Of a DNA stretch of 64,000 nt, positions 12,826-26,482 are shown one piece after another. Origin of the DNA: Octopus sinensis (lineage: Eukaryota). The stretch lies in assembly GCF_006345805.1 (NCBI RefSeq), contig NC_043002.1:100626001-100690000 (forward strand), given 5' to 3'. Every line of letters starts with the position of its first letter. The stretch's first letter is position 1. A program made the translations under genes and the position numbers. The notes beneath the pieces are model-generated. The model was not told the DNA's origin, did no database searches, and worked only from the letters and a program-made list of their open reading frames with translations.

Positions 12826-14369
12826 GTAGAATTTACTGCGAAGGTATTAAACTCGGAGAGCAGTCGGAATGAATACACCCTAATGACTCGCTTAATTCTC
12901 AACCAATACATACCTTGTAATAAACACACAAATTCACGAGTATGAGAACTTTTAAATGTCATGTGTAAACTGGGAATGCAGAATAACCCCTAGATATACA
13001 TTTGTATTAAGAAAATTAATTTTTAATTTTACAAAGTCAAACCCATGTAATTTTATATTACGGCTTTGCTATTAAGGATTAAAGCGTTTCTCATTATTCT
13101 CTTCTGTTTTTTATACATGGAATTGCAGAGTTTCGATAACTATTACGGATTTGGATGTGGGTAAAACCTTGAGTTCCCAACTCAACACTAAAGGGTCAGA
13201 ATCAGCGTCAATACATTTACTCGATTAATGTTCCTTGAGAATAAAACAAAAAAAAACTGATGAAATTATTTGAAAATTTTAAAAATCTTTTACTACTTTA
13301 GCCTATCGATCTCGCTAGTTTAATATCATAAGATCGAATCTGTCACCTAAAGATCTGATATATCGAAGCATTTAAGGGCTCACCATTTGCATGTTGTTGG
13401 TTACGCTGTTCACATGAACAACACTACGGGGATACTTGACTAATTTCACTGGGCTGTGTTGGAAAGTTAGATATTATGTCTGAAGGAAGGTGGTGAGCTG
13501 GGTGACCCGTTTGCATGACGGTCAAATTAGCAGTTTTTCTTCCTGCTTTAGATACTGAGTTCAAATGCCGCCGTGATCAACTTTACTTTTCATCCTCTCG
13601 GCGTCGATAAAATAAGTATCAGTTAAGTACTAGCACCTACCTACCCATAAAATTGCGAGTTTGTACTTAGGCAGGAAGTATGTGAAGAGATTACATTTCA
13701 AATACACAATAATAGGCAAGTTTATAAACGAAGTTTAGAAGCGTCGAATGTATTTGGTATTTTACAAGCAAAGAAGTAAATTTCGAACGCAGTATAACCG
13801 TAAAACGACAGAAAGATTGGATATTTTTACCCTTATACGACGGGAAAATAATTTCCACTAAACCCAGAATTACCAAACTTTTGTTAATCCCGTCCAACAA
13901 TCTGAGCCGTAGAAAAATAGAATTTAATTTGAATTCCCAGCATCTATTCAAATGAAATTTACCGAGTTCTATGGTGGTTAGTAAACATGAGGCTAATAGC
14001 AAGCCTGTGGGTGCTAGCAAACCCTTAGGGATGCTTGTATCCCAAACTCAGAATGGTGATGTAAGAGCTGATGTTCAAACTCAGGTCATCCTTGATCGAG
14101 TAAACCCCATGAGATCAAAGGTGCTCTACCCATGATTATTCCATTATTTTTAAGAGAGTTCGTTGTTACTTAAGTTGAACGACCACACAGAGGTCATCTC
14201 ACCACCTCATCACGGCTAGTGTAATGTTTACCTATGTTGGAATGTACACACTAACAACATGAGATATGATCGTAATGTCGTTAGGCAGATAATGAAATTC
14301 TGACATCCGATATGACGAATATATATATATATATATACATATGTACACACACACGTGTGTGTATGTATG

Positions 14370-14418
<49 letters not shown>

Positions 14419-15018
14419 CATGCACGCATAAAACTATAGAAAGAAATAGATGGATAGACAGATGGATGGATAGATAAGTAAATAGATGGTTATAATCAAA
14501 TGAACAATAATTTTCTTATACATCAATATTCATCTGCTGGACAGTGATTCGGTAAACACTTATTGAATCATCTCAGCTTTTAGCAAAGTCTGCTGTCTCC
14601 TGTTACAGCGATATATTTTTCTACTTAATGATCAATACTTTTCTTCCTAATCACAAGAAATGTTGATTTTGTTTTGGAAGAATTATTATTTTTTTTATTT
14701 TGGTTTTTTTTCTTTTGCTTGTTTGTTTTTTCTAATTTGCAGTCTAAGAATACATTCCTGTATTCAGCTTTGCTAATATTTCGAGGATACGTTTCTTGAC
14801 TAATGTTACTTTTATCGCATGTTCGAACCTTGTTGACGCCGATGTTCCGCGGTAGCAGTGTAAAAAGATACCTCCAGTCGCAGGCGTGGCTGTGTGGTAA
14901 GAAGTTTGCTTCCCAACTACATGGTTCTGGGGTCATTCCCATTACGTGGCACCTCGGTCCAACCGAAATTTTTTGAGTGGATTTGTGAACAGAAACTGAA
15001 AGAAGCCCGTCATATATA

Positions 15019-16277
15019 GGGTCATCCCATAAATAATGCAGGCTGCTTTTTTTTTCTTTTTTCAAAATTAAGTGAAACAAAGTTCTTTTTTAATCTAAAA
15101 TATACTCTCCTTCATTTTCTGCAACGTACTTCCATCTATCTGGGAGACTTACAAGGCTCCTCTTCCAAAATTCACTTGTCCGTGACGAAAAATACTCCTC
15201 CAGTACTGTTCTAGCCTTGTCTAAAGAATTCATATGTTTTCCGTCCAAATGATTTTGAAGACTGGAATAAATGATAATCAGATGGAGCAATGTCCGGCGA
15301 ATATGGTGGGTAACTGCTCCAGCCTTTCGAATGTCATCCTCGCTGTATGTTGCCGCGCATTATCCTGATGGAAGAACACCTTTCGTCCTGAAACCAAAGA
15401 TGGTTGTTTTTCTTCAAGTGCTGACTCAAGCCACGCAAGCTGCTTGCAGTAGATCTCCTTTGTTATCGTTTGGTTTGGCTTTAAAAGTTCAAAATGGACT
15501 AAACTGTTCATATCCCACCAAACCGTTAACAACACCTTACGTTGGTGAACACCTTCTTTAGCATGGGGTGCCGGTGATTCTTCTTTCCCTCCCCACTATC
15601 TTCGGCGCTTGGCCCTTTTCTAGAGAACCCATTTCTCGTCACCACTTACTATTCGGTCCAAAAACTTTCATTCGGGAGAATGACAGCAGAGAAGAGGACA
15701 CATTCACTCTCTGCACGCGATTGGACTCGTAAAGTTTATGAGGAACCCATTGACCCAATTTTCTGATTTTTCCGATGGCATGCAGGTGTCGATGTATGGT
15801 TGAAAAACCAAATTCAAGCTTCTCTGCTAGTTCTTCAACAGTTGCGATGGAATTTTGTTCCATCGGGGTTTGCAGGACGTCCTCATTGAGCTCTATAGAT
15901 CTTTCAGGGCGAGGCTCGGTTTCTAGGCTGTAGTTTCCGGCTCGGAATTTCTGGAACCACCGTTGACACTGGCTTACGCTTATTGTCCGATCCCCATATA
16001 CTGCATTAATATTCCCCGCACTTTCCGTTACGTTGTTGCCTTTATTGAACTCATAAAGCAAAATATGCTGAATATGCTCCTTTGTCACTTCCATTATAGC
16101 TTTGAAAAAATAACTGTTAAAATCGAAAAGCACTCTTCAAAACTTGCACTAAGAATAAAAGCAAGCTAAAATTACTACCTGCTTTTACAGCAAGTTGAAG
16201 CAGGTGGTTTATCCCGTCCCCTTCCGACTTTCAGTTCATGCAACTGAAAAGACCGCATTATTTATTAGATGACCAAG
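15019..16277 (-). mobile_element. Mariner (Tc1/mariner) DNA transposon, ~1.26 kb
   Basis: TIRs ggtcatcccataaataatgc / gcattatttattagatgacc in a TA context; encloses a transposase remnant. Confidence 0.9.
15090..16094 (-). pseudogene. Frameshifted mariner transposase
   Basis: HTH (HILLYEF..G...WFQKFRAG), WVPHKL, VWWD...HFELL, HQDNAR, SPDIAPSDYHL motifs spread over three frames (ORFs 15639-16133, 15278-15535, 15090-15290). Confidence 0.92.
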
Positions 16278-16657
16278 TATATATTCTCTGTGTGTGTCTT
16301 TGTGTCTGTGTTCCCAACCAACGCTTTACCACCAGTGTTAGTGTGTTTACGTCCCCCATAACTTAGCAGTTCGGCAATAGGCCCCGATAGAATAAGTACC
16401 TGTTTTAAAAAGAGGATAAGTACTGAGGTCGAGTAATTTGATTAAAATTCATCAAGGTGGTGCCCCAGCATGGGGCCGCACTCTAATGACTGAAACAAGT
16501 AAAAATCAAAAAGTGTTCTAATGTGATTTATCGTTCAGCTAGAAATAGCAGCCAAATTTCCCTTTTTAAACAAAAACAAAAACAAAATATCAAAGCCATT
16601 GTCCTTGCACCTCATGAAAAGCAAACATATCTGTTATTTTTATTCTTTGCATTTCAG

Positions 16658-16781
16658 GATTTAGTGACCCCTTTATCCTGATCCATTTGAGCCCAGAGCA
16701 CATTTTCCCCAACATCACAGTTCAGAAGACTCAGATCGTCAAGAAAACATTAAATCCGGTTTTTGACGAATTATTTGAATT
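16658..16781 (+). CDS. BAIAP3: BAIAP3-like C2B exon: (G)FSDPFILIHLSPEHIFPNITVQKTQIVKKTLNPVFDELFE(F)
   Basis: ttgcatttcag acceptor, TT|gtaagt donor, 124 nt (phase 1 to 2). Canonical SDPF...KTQ.VKKTLNPVFDE.F C2 motif. Confidence 0.93.
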
Positions 16782-16822
16782 GTAAGTAAAAACTGATTTT
16801 TATTATTTTGCTATTAATATAA

Positions 16823-17225
16823 GGCGGCGAACTGGCAGAAACGTTAGCACGCCGGGCGAATTGCTTAGCCGTATTTCGTCTGCCGTTACGTTCTGAATTC
16901 AAATTCCGCCGAGGTCGACTTTGCTTTTCATCCTTTCGGGGTCAATAAATTAAGTACCAGTTACGCACTAAAGTCAATGTAATCGACTTAATCCATTTGT
17001 CTGCCCTTGTTTGTTTGTCCCTTCTGTGTTTAGCCCCTTGTGGGTAGTAAAGAAATAGGTATTTCGTCTGCCGTTACGTTCCGAGTTCAAATTCCACCGT
17101 GATCGACTTTTTCTTGCATCCTTTCGGAGTCGATAAATCAAGTGCCAGTTGAGTACTGGGGTCGATGTGATCGACTTTCCCCCACCCCCAAATTTCGGGC
17201 CTTGTGCCTACAGCAAAAAGGATTA
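16823..17225 (+). mobile_element. SINE family C head and unit, followed by a second unit with an alternative tail
   Basis: ggcggcgaactggcagaaacgttagc...aaagaaata|ggtatttcg...gagtactggggtcgat...ggccttgtgcc. Confidence 0.8.
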
Positions 17226-17847
17226 TTTTGCCAATAATATGCTAAACTAAATTACGTTCATGTATTTGTTTTGCAAGTTGTTTTCCTTTTTATGTGAAAC
17301 TGTGCGTTGATGCTTATATTGCTATATTTGGGTATGGTCGTCTTTTGCCAATTAAACACACGCTGTTTATTTGATCTTCATTTTAGTTTTATTATGTGAA
17401 GACGCATGGCTCAGTGGTTAGAGGGTCGAGCTCACAATCACGAGGTAGTGAGTTCGATTCCCAGACCGGGAACTGTTTTCTGGCCACATTCTCTGTTCGT
17501 AGCCCTTTTTTCAACCTCTTACAATATACAGAGATATGATGTTCTGTTTATATCTAGTTTTATTCCAGTCTACATTGTCAAAATCTATTTCCTGTTGCTC
17601 CACTTCACTCAGCTGTAGAAATGAATTGTGATATCACAGGTACCAAGCTGTATCGGCCTATGTCTTAACATCGATGGGTAACATCGATGATGTGGAGAAG
17701 GAATGCTGGCATGTATGGGCGACTGCTGGTCTTCCAAAAACAACCTTGCTCGGACTTGTACTTGGGAGGGGAACTTTCTAGACGCAACACCATGGTCATT
17801 CATGATAGGAGGGGGCCTTTACTCATTACTTAAGTTTTATTAGTATA

Positions 17848-20021
17848 GCCGGCCGCCAACACTTTTTTTTTCTGCAAAATAGGGGTAGCTCATCCTGTTT
17901 AGGCTATATTATTAGCATTATCCTGCGTTTGAGAATTTAAAATCACTTCTTTAACTTTCTGAGACATCTCAACGCTTCTAAAGCAAACTTCGTTTGTTTG
18001 TTTACGTTCATCGTAATTTGAATTTAACGTATGATAGTGTCTCATAAAAGCGAGATTTCTATATATCTTAAACTAGCAGTATCGCCCGGCGTTGCTCGGG
18101 TTTGTAAGGGAAATAACTATAAAGCATTTTTAGAGAGTTATAGCCAAAAAATAGCAAAAAAATGGGGAAAAAAATGATGGTAAAGTTTTTTTGATAGTTA
18201 AAAAGGTCGAGTTGCGTCTGTGGTTTGTGTTTCTGATAGTCGACCCCATGTCGAATTTATCGATCTTTTTCAGAACTGGGGGAACTTTTCAAAATTTTCG
18301 CTGCGTTAGTTTTGAATTATGACATTGGGCTATGTGTGTGTCAAGTTTCATCAGAATCGGTTGAAAGCTGTGGTCAGGGTGAAGGTACAACCAAACAGAC
18401 ACACAGAAACACACACAGACAAACTGCCGTTTATATAGAGAGAGATTTGCAGAAGAATTTGGGGTGTGGGCAGTTTAGCTTAACGGTTCAGAGCACCGCG
18501 AAGCGTAATCACGGAGATGTGAGTTCGTGTCTCATCGCCAGCCGCTAACACCCTTATTTTTCTGCAAAATAGGGGTAGCTCATCCTGTTTAGGCTATATT
18601 ATTAGCATTATCCTGCGTTTGAGAATTTAAAATCACTTCTTTAACTTTCTGAGACATCTCAACGCTTCTAAAGCAAACTTCGTTTGTTTGTTTACGTTCA
18701 TCGTAATTTGAATTTAACGTATGATAGTGTCTCATAAAAGCGAGATTTCTATATATCTTAAACTAGCAGTATCGCCCGGCGTTGCTCGGGTTTGTAAGGG
18801 AAATAACTATAAAGCATTTTTAGAGAGTTATAGCCAAAAAATAGCAAAAAAATGGGGAAAAAAATGATGGTAAAGTTTTTTTGATAGTTAAAAAGGTCGA
18901 GTTGCGTCTGTGGTTTGTGTTTCTGATAGTCGACCCCATGTCGAATTTATCGATCTTTTTCAGAACTGGGGGAACTTTTCAAAATTTTCGCTGCGTTAGT
19001 TTTGAATTATGACATTGGGCTATGTGTGTGTCAAGTTTCATCAGAATCGGTTGAAAGCTGTGGTCAGGGTGAAGGTACAACCAAACAGACACACAGAAAC
19101 ACACACAGACAAACTGCCGTTTATATAGAGAGAGATTTGCAGAAGAATTTGGGGTGTGGGCAGTTTAGCTTAACGGTTCAGAGCACCGCGAAGCGTAATC
19201 ACGGAGATGTGAGTTCGTGTCTCATCGCCAGCCGCTAACACCCTTATTTTTCTGCAAAATAGGGGTAGCTCATCCTGTTTAGGCTATATTATTAGCATTA
19301 TCCTGCGTTTGAGAATTTAAAATCACTTCTTTAACTTTCTGAGACATCTCAACGCTTCTAAAGCAAACTTCGTTTGTTTGTTTACGTTCATCGTAATTTG
19401 AATTTAACGTATGATAGTGTCTCATAAAAGCGAGATTTCTATATATCTTAAACTAGCAGTATCGCCCGGCGTTGCTCGGGTTTGTAAGGGAAATAACTAT
19501 AAAGCATTTTTAGAGAGTTATAGCCAAAAAATAGCAAAAAAATGGGGAAAAAAATGATGGTAAAGTTTTTTTGATAGTTAAAAAGGTCGAGTTGCGTCTG
19601 TGGTTTGTGTTTCTGATAGTCGACCCCATGTCGAATTTATCGATCTTTTTCAGAACTGGGGGAACTTTTCAAAATTTTCGCTGCGTTAGTTTTGAATTAT
19701 GACATTGGGCTATGTGTGTGTCAAGTTTCATCAGAATCGGTTGAAAGCTGTGGTCAGGGTGAAGGTACAACCAAACAGACACACAGAAACACACACAGAC
19801 AAACTGCCGTTTATATAGAGAGAGATTTGCAGAAGAATTTGGGGTGTGGGCAGTTTAGCTTAACGGTTCAGAGCACCGCGAAGCGTAATCACGGAGATGT
19901 GAGTTCGTGTCTCATCGCCAGCCGCTAACACCCTTATTTTTCTGCAAAATAGGGGTAGCTTATCCTGTTCAGGCTATATTATTAGCATTATCATGCGTTT
20001 GAGAATTTAAAATCACTTCTT
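17848..20021. repeat. Tandem triplication of a 690-bp unit, each unit containing a minus-strand Helitron (e.g. 18073-18445)
   Basis: Identical ORFs at 18312/19002/19692 (period 690); Helitron ends a|ctagcagtatcgcccggcg ... tatagagagaga|t. Confidence 0.9.
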
Positions 20022-20720
20022 AAAATTTTCTTTAGTTTATTTGTCCGTTAAAGTTCTCCTGCCTATTCCATTTTACACCTTCTGTGGTGTAGTGCCTGTG
20101 TTTAATTGACAAAAGATGACCATCCCCAGGTATAACAATCTGCTAAGATAGTTATATATGTGTGTGTTTGCATATGTGTGTATGTGTATGCGTGAGAGCG
20201 TTCGCATATGTCGGCGTGCGTGTGTGCATTTGCGTTCGAGCATATGTAAATGGGTGTACTTGTGCGCATGTATATACAGAATATAAGGAAAAAAGGTAGT
20301 ATAGAAGGATGACAAAGAAATTTACAGAAAAAAAAAAGAAAGAAGCGAAAACACACCACAAGTAAGTTCAATTCTTTATTAGTTATGGACCAAATTTCAT
20401 CACATTTTCGACACCCTCCAACAACTGAATCCAAGGAACTGAAAAATAAGACGGAAACCAGAAAAAGGTTTATACAAGGACAATAAAGGGAATTTGTTGT
20501 TATTTACTCAGCATTACACGTGTTTCACTTGCTAATAGGAAATACAAAGTTTTACGTGTCAGGCGTGTCACAAATTTTCTATCAAAAATTCTTCAGACTG
20601 AGAAATTGAATCATTATTTTATTTAATAGCAAATGAAACACGTGTAATGGTGAATAAATAATGCCAAAAATGTCCAACTTGCTGTTTTATTATACAATAA
20701 GCCCTGCAAATAATATTTCC

Positions 20721-20888
20721 AGGAGTGGCTGTGTGGTAAGTAGCTTGCTTACCAACCACATGGTTCCAGATTCATTCCCACTACGTGGAACCTTGGGCAA
20801 GTATCTTCTACTATAGCCTCGGGCCGACCAAAGCCTTGTGAGTGGATTTGGTAGATGGAAACTGAAAGAAGCCCGTCGTGTATATGTG

Positions 20889-20925
<37 letters not shown>

Positions 20926-21118
20926 TTGTGTGTCTGTGTTTCCCCCCCACACACACACACATCGCTTGACAACCGATGCTGGTGTGTTTACGTCCCCGTA
21001 ACCAAGCGGTTCGGCAAATGAGACCGATAGAATAAGTACTAGGCTTACAAAGAATAAGTCCTGTAGTCGATTTGCTCGACTAAAGGCGGTGCTCCAGCAT
21101 GGCCACAGTCAAATGACT
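20721..21118 (+). mobile_element. SINE family A, near full length
   Basis: ggagtggctgtgtggtaag...accttgggcaagt...(TG)n...ggcggtgctccagcatggccacagtcaaatgac. Confidence 0.85.
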
Positions 21119-22279
21119 TTAAGAGAGAGAGAAAGACCTTGGGTAGGTGTCTTCTATTAGAACACTGGTCCGGCAAAAGCTTTCTGGATGAATTTTGCAG
21201 ACGGAAACTAAAAGAAACCCTGTGTCTATGTGTGTGTTGTGTGCGCGTGCGCTGGAGTTTTCCTCTCGGATCACTACTTGACAACCGGTGTTGGTTGGCG
21301 GCTCGGCAAATCAGACCGATAGAATGGGTACCAGCCTTAAAAATGAGCACTGGGGTCGATTTGTTCGACTAAAACCCTTCAAGACAGTGCTTCAGCATGG
21401 CCGCAGTCCACTTACTAAAACAAGTGATACGTATATACGTACCATACATATACACAGTGATGTATATGCGCACGCACGCCTTTTATTATTCGGTGCTCTA
21501 ATATGAAATACCCGTACAGTGACACAGGCATACATTATAAACACTAATTGTATTGAGTGCTATTCAGTTTTTGTTTGTTGATCCCTATACTGTCATGACC
21601 TGTAATCCAAAGGATTCTTGCTGCTACGGTCCGGTTTTTATTAGTTTGTTTAGCCTAGTGTAACTTGACATTTTCCATTAGTATTTGTTCGATAGTGTGT
21701 AATTTAAGGGAAATGTGAGTGCTATTTCAAGCATGTTGGGTGACTACGTAGTGGTTCCCTCGTTGTTTGATTTAATTCAGTAAAATAATTAAGACGTTGG
21801 AATCTTTTTTCTTTTTATTTTCAGAGAGTTAATTAAACCGTTACAAAAATTCTAATCGAAACGCAAAAGAAATACAAGGGAGATAACTTTAATTTATTCT
21901 TTCAGAGTTATTTCCCATGCAACAGATTTTTACTTCACGTGTGAGCGTCGCTTTCACATTTAGCTATTTCTATTGTTCGGTATGGATGCCTTTTTTATTT
22001 AACTTAACGCTGTCAAATTTCTTATTTCAGTGAGTGAGTGACTCTGTGTGTGTGTGTGTGTTCGCTAGTGTGATAGTTCGTTGTCATTTTACGCGATAAC
22101 CTAGCTGCAAAACAAAAATATTAACTTTTTAAATAAATAGATAAAAAGAGAAAGAAAATGGGAAGAAAAACAAAAGAATCGGTTAATGTGTTCTGCTGTG
22201 GCTGATCGAGGTCTATTCTGATAGACAAGTTTTTATCATACTCATATTCATTTATACAAGATTTTTTTTTCTTCTGGTC

Positions 22280-22665
22280 TAGTTTACGAGCATCGCTTTC
22301 GACCTCTGCTAAAGTGATACGTAGTTTCAAAAGCCCTAGAGATACGTATCCTTGCTTCATCCCAGGCAGATTTGTCTTCGGCGAGGTTTTCCCCACAGTT
22401 TGGGTCGATCTTGTTGTTTTTCAAGGTCACCTTCAATACATCTCTGAATTATTTACACGGTGCACCGACATTGCACTCACAATAGAAGATTGTCTTCGGC
22501 AACCTACGTCTCTGGTATTCTGATAACATGCCCGGCCAAATGCAGCGGGATTTGCTTGGACGTAGCAAATAAGAAGCATTGGCACACCTCAGAACAGTTG
22601 TATTGGGAATTTTATTCTGCCAATTCATGTTTAAAATATAGCTTAGACATGTGGAAAGGATTAAG
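22280..22665 (-). pseudogene. Degenerate 3' fragment of an RTE-clade LINE ORF
   Basis: CLSYILNMNWQNKIPNTTVLRCAN...WPG...RLPKTIFY resembles the RTE C-terminal CLRRIL.I.WQD.I.N.EVL...RWAGH...RLPK.I.YGEL pattern. Confidence 0.7.
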
Positions 22666-23562
22666 CTTTTCAGTTCGGTAACCAAATTAAGATAGCATAT
22701 ATATTGAAAGCATAAGAACAGCAATTAACTGGAAAGGATATAGCGGTTGCAGAATGTATGATAGTATATTTTAAAAGGTAAATCACTAAAGCTGGAGTAA
22801 GTTTACATTGTACTCAAGGTGCTCAACTTGCACGAACCAACAGTCAAATTCTCCTATCACAGCTCAACGTCTTTCAAAAAATAATATTAGATTAGTTAAT
22901 GTTGCTGAGGTACTTGATGCCTCGATCAAACACGGAAGAGCCATGCTTAACACTCTTTTGATCATAAATTTACTTGATCAGGACTGGCCTGGTGTGAAAC
23001 AACCACTCCACAAGATAACAAACGAAGAAGCCGTTACATGATCACTTAAACTGTTAGGAATAGAAGCGAAATCACCCTCAAATTACAACTGTCTTTAAAA
23101 AAAAACGAAAGCAGAGACGCATTGGACAACGTAAACATAAAGACGGTGTGGTCACGGTCGGAACTCCTTTGATCATTGATCTGCAAAATCTATCTTTAAT
23201 CATTAGATTAAACAATAACAATCCATCATTTAGCATTCTGAACAGTAAAAATGGTTTCGAGAAATAAACATTGGCTCCATCTGTGAATCGAAACTGTTCC
23301 CACCGGATTTAAAGTCACAAAAGGAAATTTTAAAGCACATCAAGCCGTATCTACGTAGTCTCTTCGACTTCTAGAAATATAAACCAAATCAACCAAATAT
23401 ACTCTTAAAAATCAAACGTCATATTGGATCATTCTCTTTCAGATTCACTATGACATCATCACTTTTACGTCCTTCCTACCATGCTAGCATGGGTTCTGTA
23501 GGACGCTTTGAGGCAGCGTTTTACCATAGGATGCTTATCTTGGTGTCAAACATTTAATTACC

Positions 23563-24161
23563 TATTTCTTTACTACCCACAAGGAGCTAAACACAGAGAG
23601 GACAAACAAGGACAGACAAACGGATTAAGTCGATTAGGTCGACCCCAGTGCGCAAGTGATACTTATTTAATCGACCCCGAAAGGATGAAAGGCAAAGTCG
23701 ACCTCGGCGGAATTTGAACTCAGAACGTAACGGCAGACGAAATACCTGTTTCTTTACTACCCACAAGGAGCTAAACACAGAGAGGACAAACAAGGACAGA
23801 CAAACGGATTAAGTCGATTAGATCGACCCCAGTGCGCAAGTGATACTTATTTAATCGACCCCGAAAGGATGAAAGGCAAAGTCGACCTCGGCGGAATTTG
23901 AACTCAGAACGTAACGGCAGACGAAATACCTGTTTCTTTACTACCCACGAGGAGCTAAACACAGAGAGGACAAACAAGGACAGACAAACGGATTAAGTCG
24001 ATTACATCGACCCCAGTGCGCAAGTGATACTTATTTAATCGACCCCGAAAGGATGAAAGGCAAAGTCCACCTCGGCGGAATTTGAACTCAGAACGTAACG
24101 GCAGACGAAATACCGCAAAGCATTTCGCCCGGCGTGCTAACGTTTCTGCCAGCTCGCCGCC
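23563..24161 (-). mobile_element. SINE family C, head plus 3 tandem units
   Basis: TSD atttaattacc (23552-23562 / 24164-24174); 184-bp period (ORFs 23587/23771). Confidence 0.88.
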
Positions 24162-24446
24162 TTATTTAATTACCTGTTAGGACACTGAGACACCAAGCTA
24201 CACTATCTTCTGAAAATAAGACTAGGTAGTCAAAGCAGAAACGTCTTCGATCAGGAGTCTTATTGGGCTGGTGCTTGATCTGGGACTAAGCAACATCTAC
24301 ATGTAAAACCAGTCAAATCATATAATGATGGAGAAAGCAGCAGTTGGGTTGTAAAGCTAGGAAGAGTCATGACGGCAAAATTGATAACACGAAGCGGTTC
24401 AGTGCCGCCCCTTGATTATTAGTCAATCGGTTAAATATCAATCCAA

Positions 24447-25962
24447 GGCGGCGAGCTGGCAGAAACGTTAGCACGTCGGGCGAAATGCTTAGCGGTATTT
24501 CGTCTGCCGTTACGTTGTGAGTTCAAATTCCGCCGAGGTCGACTTTACCTTTCATCCTTTCGGGGTCGATAAATTAAGTACCAGTTACGCACTGGGGTCG
24601 ATGTAATCGACTTAATACCTATGTCTGTATTTGTTTGTCCCCTCTGTGTTTAGCCCCTTGTGGGTAATAAAGAAATAGGTATTTCGTCTGCCGTTACGTT
24701 CTGAGTTCAAATTCCGCCGAGGTCGACTTTACCTTTCATCCTTTCGGGGTCGATAAATTAAGTACCAGTTACGCACTGGGGTCGATGTAATCGACATAAT
24801 ACCTATGTCTGTATTTGTTTGTCCCCTCTGTGTTTAGCCCCTTGTGGGTAATAAAGAAATAGGTATTTCGTCTGCCGTTACGTTCTGAGTTCAAATTCCG
24901 CCGAGGTCGACTTTACCTTTCATCCTTTCGGGGTCGATAAATTAAGTACCAGTTACGCACTGGGGTCGATGTAATCGACTTAATACCTATGTCTGTATTT
25001 GTTTGTCCCCTCTGTGTTTAGCCCCTTGTGGGTAATAAAGAAATAGGTATTTCGTCTGCCGTTACGTTCTGAGTTCAAATTCCGCCGAGGTCGACTTTAC
25101 CTTTCATCCTTTCGGGGTCGATAAATTAAGTACCAGTTACGCACTGGGGTCGATGTAATCGACTTAATACCTATGTCTGTATTTGTTTGTCCCCTCTGTG
25201 TTTAGCCCCTTGTGGGTAATAAAGAAATAGGTATTTCGTCTGCCGTTACGTTCTGAGTTCAAATTCCGCCGAGGTCGACTTTACCTTTCATCCTTTCGGG
25301 GTCGATAAATTAAGTACCAGTTACGCACTGGGGTCGATGTAATCGACATAATACCTATGTCTGTATTGTTTGTCCCCTCTGTGTTTAGCCCCTTGTGGGT
25401 AATAAAGAAATAGGTATTCGTCTGCCGTTACGTTCTGAGTTCAAATTCCGCCGAGGTCGACTTTGCCTTTTATCCTTTCGGGGTCGATAATTAAGTACCA
25501 GTTACGCACTGGGGTCGATGTAATCGACTTAATACCTATGTCTGTATTTGTTTGTCCCCTCTGTGTTTAGCCCCTTGTGGGTAATAAAGAAATAGGTATT
25601 TCGTCTGCCGTTACGTTCTGAGTTCAAATTCCGCCGAGGTCGACTTTACCTTTCATCCTTTCGGGGTCGATAAATTAAGTACCAGTTACGCACTGGGGTC
25701 GATGTAATCGACTTAATACCTATGTCTGTATTTGTTTGTCCCCTCTGTGTTTAGCCCCTTGTGGGTAATAAAGAAATAGGTATTTCGTCTGCCGTTACGT
25801 TCTGAGTTCAAATTCCGCCGAGGTCGACTTTACCTTTCATCCTTTCGGGGTCGATAAATTAAGTACCAGTTACGCACTGGGGTCGATGTAATCGACTTAA
25901 TACCTATGTCTGTCCTTGTTTGTCCCTTCTATGTTTAGCCCCTTGTGGGTAATAAAGAAATA
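24447..25962 (+). mobile_element. SINE family C, head plus 8 tandem 182-184-bp units
   Basis: Units start at ggtatttcg at 24494, 24678, 24862, 25046, 25230, 25413, 25595, 25779; TSD ggttaaatat(c/g)aatccaa (24429-24446 / 25963-25980). Confidence 0.9.
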
Positions 25963-26291
25963 GGTTAAATATGAATCCAACTATCCAATCGATCGATTAG
26001 CTTGCTGGTTAAACTGCCAATGGTTTTTGTTTCATTTTTGTACTTCGTCACAGGTTTTTCGTTACCATTCACAAACCTTTGCAGTGACTTCTCTCCCAGT
26101 TCGTTACGGTGGCCGTGTTTGTCTGAGCCCTTGTTGCTTTTATGTGTGTAGAGCTATATAAGTGTAATTGGTAACATTGGGGCTAAGTGTGTCGGGACAG
26201 AGAGAGAAGGGTCAGCGTATGTGTGTGGTAGTTTGTCACGTCATAAGGGCAATGGACGTGTTTGTGTGTGCGCAGTGGTATAGATAACTAA

Positions 26292-26482
26292 TGCTTAGCG
26301 GTATTTCGTCTGCGTTACGTTGTGAGTTCAAATTCCGCCGAGGTCGACTTTGCCTTTTATCCTTTCGGGGTCGATAAATTAAGTACCAGTTACGAACTGG
26401 GGTCGATGTAATTGAGTTAATACCTATGTCTGTCCTTGTTTGTTCCCTCTGTGTTTAGCCCCTTGTGGGTAATAAAGAAATA
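26292..26482 (+). mobile_element. 5'-truncated SINE family C copy
   Basis: TSD ggtatagataactaa (26277-26291 / 26483-26497). Confidence 0.85.

Larger units (their letters stand above)
14881..16505 (+). mobile_element. SINE family A split by the mariner insertion (halves ~14881-15018 and ~16278-16505)
   Basis: Head ggcgtggctgtgtggtaag...aaagaagcccgtc before the mariner; tail gtttacgtcccc...ccagcatgg...actgaaacaagtaaaa after it. Confidence 0.75.

Noticed and set aside
18312-19928. Three identical 78-aa ORFs as a gene array
   Set aside because: Chance ORF within the triplicated Helitron-containing unit.
24494-25962. Hammerhead retrozyme in the 184-bp SINE units
   Set aside because: No CUGANGA core found on either strand of the unit; other ribozyme classes could not be tested by eye.
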